Assembly: GCA_002633005.1 (NCBI GenBank) | Contig: NMRA01000238.1 | Location: 518,734-582,733 of the forward strand | DNA length: 64,000 nucleotides | From: Phoronis australis | Lineage: Eukaryota; Animalia; Phoronida | Reading direction: 5' to 3' | Shown: piece after piece, positions 1 through 12,400 of the stretch | Position numbering within the stretch: position 1 is the first letter of the stretch | Layout of the letters: each line of letters opens with the position of its first letter | Program-made: the position numbers and the translations under genes | Notes under the pieces: generated by a model | Database searches by the model: none | What the model saw: only the letters and a program-made list of their open reading frames with translations | What the model was told of the DNA's origin: nothing

Positions 1-1377
1 TAGTGTCTGCTGTTCATGCATTTTGCAGGGTTTTCTTACATTGTTTGCATAGATGTGAAACTCCATTTTCTTCAAAAGTATTTGACGTTTATTGCGGCAT
101 TGTGGGTAGATTTGTTAGGTTAAGTTCAAGAAATGAGCACATGTCATTGGTGAGTTGATTTGGGGAAAAACAACTGTCATGCATAGTATAATAGTTATGT
201 TTATTAGTTCCTTGTAACTGAACCACTAGTATGCTTACTTATAGACAATTTGGCAGACATCAAGATCCCATAAGTGTCCTAGTCTTGTGTAAAATGTGTG
301 CACAATGCCGTCTGATCCCTCTCCTTGAGGGGGCGGCATTAGGACAATCACTTAAGTTTATAGAAACTGGCAACAAATTTAGAGATTGGTATATGTAGCT
401 CACTAAATCCAGGTGTGCGTATGCATTCACACCTTGGTTGAATTTAGTGGAGCCGAAAATGACATTTTTGTATAACCTGAGGAAAAATGACTGAACTCTT
501 GAACAAAGACAGTGACCTTATTTTTATAGTGACTATCGTATGACAAACCTGACCAATGTCAAGGCAGCTGTGAACCAATCTCATTAAAGTTCTGGAAATT
601 CAGGGCCCATGACCAAGTAAGATCAGACTGAAATTGAAAAGTCTAGACTGTAGCTCGGACAATGACCAAAAGATGTCACTGGACTTCAGCTGATGATACC
701 ATTCCTGTTACAAAACACTATACAATTAAGAGGGATTTGAAATGTTGTACCAGTAGTCTTGGTAAGTGAAACATTAAACTGGATGAATCAAGATTAGTGG
801 AAAGTAAGTGAATATCATTGACTGAGGCCATGCAACCCCATTGACCTTGGACCTTTGACCCCCAAGTCAGATAATGTCTGGAAAACGGGAATTATCCCAG
901 CAGCTCACGTGAAGTTGCCACTTGGTAGATTTGATTCAATGGGAACACATCTCAAGTTGAGGTCACTTGATAATATATTCCAAAAGCTGCCATAAGGTTT
1001 GTTGAGATATGTCAATTGTGAATTTGGAATGGGTGTTATTCGTCACTTATGAAATGAAACAGAAAACAATGTTTTCTTAATTGAATTGTGATTGAGACTG
1101 ACTTACATTACAGCAAAGATATTTGACTTTTCGGTTTCAGATTGATATAAACTGTTGATAGATGCCTGTTATAGACTTGTACATATAATATTGCTATTTG
1201 GAGGTAGGTTGTCTCTTGTGTGGTGGTGTCAAAGGTTACAAAAACCAAATGTTTACTGGACTTTAAAAAACAGAGACCAAAGTGTCCCTTACGGCTTTCA
1301 TCCTTGTCAAATGCCACTGATCACCTTCCAAGTGTTATCATGCCGATGTATTCCTTTTCGTACTTCATGTATTATAG

Positions 1378-2187
1378 TTAAAAGGATACTGAAACCTGTT
1401 CGGGTGAATTCAACCAATGTTTGTTCTATCCACCATTGGTTTAAAGCAGGAATCAACTAAAAACTTCTACGGTAATTACTATCAAAGACTGGATGGTTTT
1501 TGGTGGGTGGCCTTTCCATCCAGATGTGTAATTTGTCTAAAGACCCTTTCATACTGACTGAACTCTGAGTTCCAACATAAACTGCAAAATGACATCAAAG
1601 CAAATGAAAGGTGGCACTGTTGTCATGGAAATAATGGCAAGGAATTTCTGATGCATCGCGTGCGGCGCTAAGATATTATTTTAATGTGACAATTTCTGAA
1701 CATTTAAATGTGGTAATTGACATAAAACGTTTTTCCAATTCGATTGGTGATTATCTGAGCAAAATATAAGCAACTATTAGGGAGGACACTGCTCTTTAGT
1801 TGTTGATGATAATAGTAGCCCCTGGCGATAACTTTGATGGGACCGAAGTAGGCCGTTCATACCGCACCCCAGCGGCGATGCTCCGCTGTTAAATTCACCT
1901 GTTTACTGGGGCGTTAACTTTCGCAGTTAACTTTGATCTAGAACTGAAGTTAATAGTTCAACTCCTCAAAACATCAACACGTCGATATTAGTATGATATG
2001 GCCCTAACAAGCAAAACTTCTGCTTGGTCATTTAGCAGATGATGTAAGGAGTTTTCAAAATTTGCTCCAAACATTGGAGGATAGGTGAGGGTTATGGAGC
2101 ATTACTTTGTTTTAGAGAGCTGGATGGAAAAGCCATTGTTTATGAATATCTGTTAACTGACCAAAATGGGGTTTATTAACCTTTTAA
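1378..2187. mobile_element. TTAA-flanked (Kolobok-like) non-autonomous element, copy A
   Basis: TTAA-AAGGATACTGAAACC ... GGTTTATTAACCTT-TTAA. Both ends are homologous to 22811-23157. Confidence 0.6.
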
Positions 2188-3023
2188 ACAGTTAAACTTA
2201 AAGAAAACCAGAGTAAAGAATCCCTTTTTAGTTATTTAAAAAATAAAGACTTCTCCGATTACAAACAGATTATTGTATTAAGTCCCATGTGAGAACCATT
2301 AGTGATATTTAAGGTAACGCCCATTTAAGGTTATCTTAACCAAATTGGTTTTTGATTTCTGATAATGTCATCATGCAAGGTTGAGACTATGTTAAGAAAA
2401 GTTTAGGCTTACAAATCAGCACCTTTGTGTTGTTTCATATGAAAGTGTGCAGCTAACATATTCAGTTTGACCTGATTAATTAGTATGGTAAACATTGTAC
2501 AGTTTGGGACCAGTCTATAGAATTTGGAACAGCAAAATTTTAAGCTGAAACTGATTTTCTTGATTCTGAATATTGAAAACAGGCAATTTTTGTTTGAAAA
2601 GTACGGATGAGTCATTCTTTTACCATTGACCCTAACTAACTCACAAATGACATATTTTGCCAAGCCAATTTTATGATGAGTTTGCTTAAAAAAATCTGAA
2701 AAATCAGGTCAGCTACTGATACTTCATCTTGTCCAAATACATGCATCTGTCATGAAACATCATTTCTGTGTAAAGAAGTTTAAAGTGCCCTTGAGCTCCT
2801 TAGATTAATTTTGTGATAATCTGTTTCCTGGACAACGAGCTGGTATTGCAAATATCAGCTACTTTTTTTAGTTTTATTATGTCTAGATAGATCTTGGGGC
2901 TGTTGTTTAGTGAAATGTGTTGACTGATAATATGTCCCAAAGTGGTGTTTAAGTGGAAATAAAATGCCAGAATTATGTAGTAAATTATACTAAGGTCATC
3001 CGTCCTAAGAGGAGATACTGTAC

Positions 3024-3785
3024 TTTATCCCATACGCGTTGAATCTGTTGAGGGAAATACGGCCATGTAATAAAGTTTTCCGTATTCACCTACCGCGCTA
3101 CTTCAACAGTGACCAATGACGTGGAAAGTTCAAAATGTAGGTCAATGTCGACTCGACGTCTTCAGCCGGTTCGATACTCAATCTTTCTGAATATAGTTTA
3201 AAGTAATACAGTTGCAGCAGTGTAACTAACACTCGACATGCAACCAGGCCCTAAACGTAAAATCTGGAACAAAACTGTTAATTGTAAGACACTTATGTCT
3301 CAGTTTTCAATTGCTGAATACTATATCGTCTGCAACTCAGGCGCCGATTCCTAGGAAACTAAAATATCAAATATTGTTGTTTTTTAAGTAGTTCCAGGAG
3401 ATGTTACAAGTTCACTGCACAGATGCCGTTGTTTTCATCTTTGTAACCTCTTTTCAAGAAATAAATCGTTACTTTTAAAACTGTTTCCTTTACAAGAGTA
3501 AACTTGCAACCTAACGCGCAAGTACATACATATAGGATGTGATCCGCCATGTGAACAGTCTGGGTGAAGTATTTGAAAAATCTGCCGAAAAAATATAAGA
3601 AACTTGGGAATTCGAAGCGCATGGGATAAATACAAAACGTACCTCGATTGGCGTACATGAAGTAACATCCCACGAGACATTATTCCGCATATCGAACTCT
3701 ACTTTCGGTCTCGGTCGATATGCAGAATAAGGTCAAGTGGGATATTACTTCATGTACGCCACTCTCGGTTCCTTTTTGTTTATAT
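3024..3785. mobile_element. Non-autonomous element with an asymmetric inverted repeat and a long terminal hairpin (Crypton- or Helentron-like architecture)
   Basis: TTTATCCCATACGCGTTGAAT (3024-44) is inverted at 3608-3630, followed by a hairpin with a stem of about 47 bp at 3649-3761. Confidence 0.5.
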
Positions 3786-4200
3786 ATTTTTGGCGAGGGT
3801 GTAGCTGAAAAATTCAGTGAAAAGCAAGACCCATAAAATTTCATCCTTTTGTAAGTTATAATGCCAGAAACACCACCCCTTTGAAAGCCAGGGTTAATTC
3901 CTTAAATCTAAAAGGATCAGAAGATTGGTAACACCGACGCTTCGATTAATGGGAACACTTAACTTCGGTCTATACTCTCGAATTGAAGTTAACAGCACCA
4001 GTTAAGTCTGGAATAACGAGGTGGATTTAACATCAAAGTGTTGATGAATCGCAACAATCGGAATACTGAACTTCGATGCCGTCAGAGTTATCAGCAGGGG
4101 TTGCTGTGTTTGGCTGACACCGGCGGTGACTGGTTAATATTTGTTAGTATGTTGTTCTAATACTTATTATTTTGGCACTACATGCAGTCTGTTTCATTTT

Positions 4201-4237
4201 ATGCAGGTCTTTGATGGATTGTTTACATTTACAAAAT
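4201..4237 (+). CDS. Candidate first coding exon of AMPD (MQVFDGLFTFTK, phase-1 donor)
   Basis: ATG at 4201 with an open frame to a GTAAGT donor at 4238. Phase 1 matches the phase-1 acceptor at 6500. No homology support visible. Confidence 0.35.
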
Positions 4238-5233
4238 GTAAGTGTAATCAAAGCGAGTTCATGCCATGTGCATACCGCCTTTGTTGGGATCAGCCATTAT
4301 TAGCCTAATCACGAGTAAAGTATTTTTAACGTAATCTTCTAGTACATCCTCATCATCCCAACACTGCAACCGTTGGCTGCCTTGTAAAGCAGACATTGTA
4401 GTTTCCTTTTGGGGAGAGGTCCTTGCTATTTTAGATGGTAAGGACAGAAAACTGCAGGCAAATGACCAAAGGCACCACCTTGTGATAACTTCGGTTGACT
4501 CAGAAGCTGATGGGAACACTAAAGCTTAACTTTGCGGTTAACCACAGTTAACATTAAAGCTATGATAGCAGCAGAGTTAACTGTGTTGGAAAGGGCTTGT
4601 AAGCTTCCTTTGACTGCTGACTCATAAGTCAGAAATACTTTGTCAAAACTAAGTGCATATTCTGCAGCCAAAAATTGAAAAATATAGATGAGGTTAAAAA
4701 GTGGTTGTGGATTTGTGTAGTTGAAAAAGAAACATTTTGCAGAGTGCGAGCTCCCTAAGGCAACCCTTTTGCTGTAAATTTTGTTGAAATGAAAGTCTTT
4801 TGTAATGAAATTTCCATCAGCTACACATGCCGCATGGGAGTACCCTTGTTATCTTACTGTAGGCCGGAACTACATAAGGTGTGTAGAGCTGCAGGTGCAT
4901 ATTATCATTTGGATCCTTTTACTATCCCAGTTGTGCTTTCAGTTATTAGGAACATATGTTGAACAAGGTCAGTTGATACCTTTGGATCTAGGATGTCGTA
5001 CTGATCGTCCCACTTGAACCATCTTAGGCAAAAATGTCGCGTAAGCCCTAAAACGATATACAATTTTGGCTTTTGTCTTATTCATGGGTGACGTGCAACC
5101 TGGGCTTGCTCTTAATGTGCTCGTGGACGGGAACAGTTATAACATCACTTTTTTCAAGAATTTCTGTTTTTTGTTTGAAAGTGTTTTTCTGTTTGATCTG
5201 TGCTGGTTTCAAGTGATTAGGCTTTAGTCACTT

Positions 5234-5324
5234 AGTGCTCTATAGTGATAACCCAGTGACATCAGCTGTGTGGAGTACAGTGCTCTATAGTGATAACCTC
5301 TTTGAAATCAGCTGTGTGGAGTAG
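5234..5324. repeat. Tandem duplication of about 46 bp, 2 copies
   Basis: AGTGCTCTATAGTGATAACC...ATCAGCTGTGTGGAGTA occurs twice. Confidence 0.85.
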
Positions 5325-6499
5325 GTGATGATGGAGATTTTGTGGGACCCCCTGCAGCTCACCGATGATGGGTTTGGTGATTTGAAGCAGTGAGATTTTT
5401 GCTAAAGTATTGAGAGGAATATCCAAGTTATTTGCTTACAATTCAGGATTGGCAGTCATCTCTCATGACATGCTTCCATATACTCAATAACAGTGTTCTT
5501 TTCTTCAGGACATAATTTAGATCTCATGATCTGTATGATTTCTTAGTATAATGCGGGACCCTAAAAGCATTCAATTTTTGCCAACTTCAGAACATCATAT
5601 CTCAGAAATGACTGGTCGGATTCAAACAAAAGTTTCAGGTACTACGCTTTGTGCACTGTTCTTTAAAATGCTATAAGGAATATTCCACTTTTTCATGAGG
5701 GGCTATCAAAAGTAAGACTTTTATGACTTTTGTGAAGAAAAATTCAACAAAATAATAATTTAGAAAACTGTACCAAGTGTTTTATATGATGCAAAAATTT
5801 TTAGTGATCCTGTTGATTTGCTATGAATGTACTTCTCTTTCTTACTAAATTTTACTAAAAAGATTTGGTCCTATGTCCTTGGGAAAGTACCTTATATGTT
5901 TTCTGAAAGTAGAAATTTTGTAGATTACAATTTTTGACTTTGTACTGGTCTGTCATTAGTATGGTCTGTTTTTATCAAGCTGTTTTCAGACAGCTGTTAG
6001 ATATGCTGGTGTACTTCAAGATACGCTGCTGTCCTTCAAGATATGCAGTCCATTAATAAATCACCTTAATGAGAACCCATGGCCTTTTGTAGGCAGCTTT
6101 CTGCAGCATGCACTTTTGAGAAAAATCAATAGTCATGTGTTCTGAATGTAGATGAAATTAACGAAAGTATTAAGAGACTCGGTGAATTGTACGTCTTAGC
6201 AAAAAGGTAAGTAGTATCAGCACGTTAAATGAAACTTGTACGCCAAGTAACTAGCTAGAAACATCATTTTGAGGTATCCATTCAATTTCATGTTTCACAA
6301 AAGCTTAAACTTTATTACTCTCCAGGAAAAAGAGCATTTCAACAGACAGGATTGATCACTTTTCTTGATACGGACAAAATTTGATTTTATATGTCATTTT
6401 GATGTTGTTAAATAGAATTGTACATCATATTGTCTGTCTTTCCTGCTCTCGTTGTTGGTAACTATCATCGTGACTAAACTGTCTTTTCTTCTGTTGCAG

Positions 6500-9400
6500 G
6501 TTCGGAATCCCCCCATTCGCCTTCAGTTACCCAACCCCGTATCAAGTTCCCCAAACACAGATTCACGCCCATAGATGACAAATTCCAAGAGATCGCCAAC
6601 AACATCATCCGTCGTCAGTCGGCAATGAATTCCTGGACAACACGGGAAGATGAAGTGGGGGGCGAGACAGCCCCCTACGAGATGCCAATATACCCCATTG
6701 AGGAGATTGATAGGAAGACGAAAATTGTCCGGCAGATGAGTAAAAAGTAGGTATTGCTTCAAAAGCCAGAATTTTTGTCAGAAGTTTTCTGCCAGAGAAT
6801 TGTTTAATGATAGCATAGCAGGAGACTTTCAATTCATATTCTATTTTACTGATGACTGCTAGAAAGGGCATTTATTAGGTCATTTTTAACCGATACAAGT
6901 AAACAACCAACCTAATGAATCTATAGCTGAGGTTGTTCCTTCAAAATGATTTGTTGAACTTTTTTAAAATGCCACAGTAAACTGTATTAAATGTTAAACG
7001 CCATCAAAATTATATAGCTACTGTTTGAATTAACCCTTTAATCACCATTTTCTAATTGAAGGCCTCTGCATAACCACACAGAGTAAGTTATTCGTTGTCT
7101 GTTTAAATAATGAAGAATAAACAAGTCTGCCTAGTCAGTAGTGCATGGGGAATGTTAACCACTGTCTGTGCTGCTGTCAGCTGCTGTCTAGTGCCATACT
7201 GCTCTCTATTGGTTTAGTATCCAAACCCATATCTGGAAAAATGTCAAAGGGAAATGATAATGGACTCTTCACAGATTTGTGTAGATGAAGGCATGTTCTG
7301 TATGAATTAAACTATCATGCTTGTGTAGCTGAATTAAGGTCCGATATCAATTAAACTGACCAAGTGCATCGCTTAGAATGTTTTCTTTGATAACGACAAG
7401 CCCATCAACCGCAAGTGGCATTGGTTTAGGAAGGTGGAGTGAATTGTCTTGTTGGGGTCTAGTGCTGCTGATTCAATTTCTGTCCACTGTGTCCACTTTG
7501 CACTGGAGGCTCTCCTTCGTGGGGCATCATTTAGTGACATATCGTAACTGACCATCTGGACACTACAGCTTTGTGGGTGCTGTCCGTGGGGCACTGGAGG
7601 ACGCTAGTCGCTATTGGAATGACTGAGACAGGTGGCGGATTTAGTTGAGACCTTGGGAAATGGGTGCTCTTTGTTTGTATTAATAGATACGTTTACAAGT
7701 CTTTTTTAAGGAGTTGATTTATCCACATTATTTTGAAAACGCTTTGCCCAGTCACACATTGTGTGTCATAAAAGAGATAAGCATACCTGCAGCTGACGTA
7801 GCAAGTAGAACTACTCTCGTTTGTCACATTGGCGTAGACTCACAGTTGAACTGTGGTTTTCTGTTGACCCCAGACCGTCCGGAGTTGCACCATATACCAA
7901 CTCTGGACAGTCTCTCGCTACGATTTAGCGTTATGTAGTGAAATGCAAACAGCTTTTAAAATGTTCTTGTGAAATAAGGAATCACAAAATACTCTTATCA
8001 CCATACAACACTTATCTGTTGACAGGAAAGTGGATATTTAATCGGTTGTTTTATCTTTTTAAAATGATCGCACATGTCCTGTTTATTGAGTTGGTTCTCA
8101 TTTGACAAACTGCGTTAAATGTACTATGCACTATATAGTTTTGATGTTGCATACTGTAGTTCGATGTCAATGTGTTTGTTTATGTTGCGTAGCAACTGAC
8201 AATATATTTTTTGTGACAAGCAGACCAGCACTTTCTGTACAGTAGTTAGCGCCTCTGGTGATAAGACTGTGTCCATGCACATTACATCATCATTGAGGGT
8301 ACTTTTTCCATGTAGACTTTGATTTTATAAAATGAATGAAGATTTTGTTTGACATATGGTCAAATTATCTACTAATGGTGATTTTTACGATTTGCGTGTT
8401 ACGGGAGTACACGCTCGTCAATGCGAAAAGAAAATGTAAAATATGGAGCAGATATTCGCCGTTTTTTTTCTTTCGTTGTCATACCTGTTGACAACCTCAT
8501 GTTCGGCTGTTCACCCGGTATTCCCCACGATCCGTTTTGCAAACTCACACATCATAATCATCAATGCAAGGCACCCCTACCAGGGTATAGGCCACGAATC
8601 AGAGATTTCCATTTTGTTCTGTCCTGGGCGATTCCTTCTAGCTGTCTCCACGAGTATCCTAACCCCTCCATGTCGTCGGTGATGCATCTTCTCCAGGTCA
8701 TTCGTGGTCTGCCTCCCTCTGAATAATTACCATTTATGCATAGGGTTAAATGGCAGTGAAGCTCCCACGAGTCTGGGTGCTTACCCGCTGATCCACAGAG
8801 TAGTCGACCTGGTCACCCTTGCTCTTTGAAATTGAAGTGCGCAGACTAAAAGTTCAGTGGATTTCCCAATACCGTAAGGCAAGTTGCTGACAATAAAGCT
8901 AAAGCTTCCCTGTCTAACCAACATGTGTATTCAAGTATCTAAGTACGCAATGTGAAATTGAGAGAAAATATATGATGAAATTTTCCATGACTCACCTGCT
9001 ATACCAATGTCATCAAAGCCCATAGTTGAAGATGCAAATAACACAAGTCTAAGCACAAAATCCCGCAGGACAACGTGGGTTTCTTACTAACGTGATTTTG
9101 TAAATGTATTCACCAAGAACTAATCTAAGGTTAACGGAACCGTTGTTGGCGAAATCTACTGTGCTTAATCGGCGTTTTTGATCGGCATTTGGCGATTCGC
9201 TGCAGTATCTTATCGCTATTTTGGCATTTACTGTCACCATTGATGATGAAAAATGGGACTGTTCGAGCCCTGTATACAGCTTATTGTTCAATGCGACTTG
9301 CCTTTGGTGACTAAAACAAGAACTTCGGTTTTAACAGTTGAAACTCTTAGTGTGAACAATAGCAGTTAATTATAACTGGGGAAAACTTAATAATAAACTG

Positions 9401-12400
9401 AATAAGATTTACCTTATTCGCCCTAATAAGTGCCCCTGCCCCTATAAGCGCCCCCCACACGTTTTCAGACTTTGCTAAAATAAGTGCCCAGTCCACGAAC
9501 GCTGTGTACATGCGAAAAATGCCTTACCTACAGTTCTAAAATTCTATAGTAACATCTTCAATTTATCACTAAGATCTGACAATCCTGAAAAAATCATTGT
9601 GCACGGAATTTGTAGACCACGAGCCTAGCTGCTATGTCGGTCTTTAGCCGTGACTATACACTTCAACCTTTTGCCATGCTTCAAAAAGAACACAAGCACG
9701 AATCGAAGACTAATAAAAACTTGACCTTTGTTCAGTTAAAAGCACGTGGCCAGGAAGCACGTGCTACATTCAAGTACCTGTGATCGAAGATTAGTCTTCG
9801 GGAACTATCTATTCATGAAACGAGTAGCATAGCATTGGCCAGAAATAAGTACTGGCACTTATTTCCGAAAGTTGCTAATACCGTAACAAACGTTTGCGTT
9901 ATTTTTAGGGGGGAATTATTAAATTAGTCGTAATTGGTGGTTTTTTAAGTCAAAATGACCCACTGACAGTGAACACTTCTGCACCCTTACACACCCCCGA
10001 ATCTCCTGAAAAATAACTGTTAGACTGTCACACATCCAGTCATCCGGTGACTCAATGACATCGTCTTATCAAGACAATTCTTGAACGTTTTTTAGCAGAT
10101 GACATCAACGAGTGCTATATAAAACACGTTCTGCTTTACTGCTTGTGTTAATTTCCTTAGTTACAATGCACACCTAGATGGTTAAGTCGCGTTTATTCTG
10201 GCAAATCAACTCTGATGACACGCACACGCTCGCTCACTCACACAATACGAAAACAAACTTCAAAACAAACATCACGTGACAACAACGCGTGTTTGTCCAG
10301 AGATTTTTCTCGTGTTGCGGAGTACGATCTAGCACAGATTTGGACTTAATATGCAGTTAATATCAACTCCACAGGAACTTAAAAATGTTAGGGACGCTAT
10401 TTTGAAAACTTAAGGAGGACGTCAGGTAATTTGTTGAGTCAAAACTATATTTTTACTCAAGAATTCAAGTTGACCTATCGGCGATCGCTAGGCAGCGACG
10501 CATCAGTCAGCGAGTTTTCGCACTGGGATGTTCTGAAAAATGCTTGTAATTTAACAACAAAGTTTGATAACAATGCACAGCAATTTTGTAGAAACTCTGT
10601 CATAGGTTACAAATGCGTCACAGAGCGTAAATTTGATGAATTCTAGCTTATGATTACACCTGTTTCGGAGACCGGGTTTCAACCACTTTTGGGCTATAAT
10701 AAGCGCGCCCCTCCTGAAGCGAATTTTTTAAGCGCCCTGACCGCCTAGTAGGGCAAATGCGGTAGTTGGTGTTTTTACTGTATTAGTCAATCTTCCTTCC
10801 TGTTTTCTGATCTCAGCGTTGCCTCAGCCCTGCACAGAAGGTAGGAGTGTTTGGTTGGAAGTTGTGTTAGGTTCGCCTAAGAAGAGACTGTTCACACCAA
10901 AGCAGTTACAAATTTTAAACGCTGTTTAAAAGTTGTAACTCTAGTGTGAACAGTTTAAAACTGATTGTTGAAATTTTGATTATTGGGTAGCTAAGCAAGT
11001 GGTTATAAAGGATAATTCAATGCTATTGACCAATAGCGACAAAACTAGGAACCTGGGTTGTAACAACTACAAGTCTTTGTGAGTGGTACAACTTAAAAAG
11101 TTTTAAATACAGCAAAGAAATAACTTGGTTTAGTTGGTGTGAATGCAGCTTAAGTTCAGACTGATGTTGTTTCATGGACTACGGAAAAATTTCATCAGTT
11201 TTGGACGCAATGTGGCAGAAATAAATCCTCATTTTCAAGCTCTACCATAGCTACTGTGTTTTGAGAATCTGTAGGCATTCACTACAATGTTTGAAGCCTT
11301 TATAAAATGAACATTTTTCGTTATTCAATTTTTGTGAGAAGTTGGTGAGATATTACGATAACAAACTTACAATGATGGTACCACAGGCTTTCTTGTTCGG
11401 TCTGCTTTGTATGTGTACCCAATGTGACATTCCTAGAAACCTTGTGGTCAAAATTTTAAGTTGGCCTTGTTCACTGGCCAACTAAACTGTGTTTTATTCC
11501 TGTGGTAAATTGTTAATGTTCAGTTTGTTTCAATTATGCCTGTAACATTTTTGGTGCTTCTGTTAGCTATAATTTTACCCTAATTTTTGTTTTGTTTTGC
11601 TTTTGTACTCAATCCATCTTAAGTGCGTTGGGAAATTAGTTGAGCTCTGTTGTCACCAATCATGTAGTTGGGCCATTGTCAACATCAAAATTAGATATGG
11701 AATCTTGTAACGGGACTGGAGATTTGTGGGGGCCATATCATCAACACTAATGCACAGCTCCACACTCTTGACAGAGATAAGACACTTTGCCCAGGAGTAC
11801 TGTGACTTTCAGCTGATTGAGTACTGGAAGGTGTTAATCCTGGGTTGCTCCACTGTCCCGATTCAAAGTTCCTTCCTGTTAGTTATCAGCAGTTTAGCTG
11901 ATACACTGTCTTTTACTATAATGCTGGCTCTATTTCACTTTGACTATACAGTTATCCTGATTGTTGCCTTAAACCTCAGCTAAATGAAATTGATATTGCT
12001 ATAGCAACCGAGGTGTTTCCAAGGCAATTTAGTGGAATAAAAAATAATGGATTTTGTCTAACTATTTATTGGTTGCAATGTTTCATCATTTTGTGATAGC
12101 TGGTTAGAATCATTTTGTTGAATTATCAAAAGTGTAGATATTTGGAACAAATTTTCCTTGTGGTGTTTTCAATCATTGATGAGGGGTAATATTTGTTAAG
12201 TTGCAATTGAGAGAGAAGTTGAGAGATATTTTCTAAAATACTTCAATGTCATGTGGAGTCCTTGCTTTGTTAGACATGGTGGTTAGATGACTCAAGTCTA
12301 GACAATACTTGGACATGTACTCGGGACATGACTTTCATGGTGTTTTCACACAGATCTGAGTTACTAACTTGTATCAAAAGTTGTTTTGAGATATTTAGAG

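Noticed and set aside
8421-8726. 101-aa and 79-aa ORFs in a CpG-richer intronic patch
   Set aside because: No domain similarity or phase-compatible splice sites found. Probably repeat-derived.
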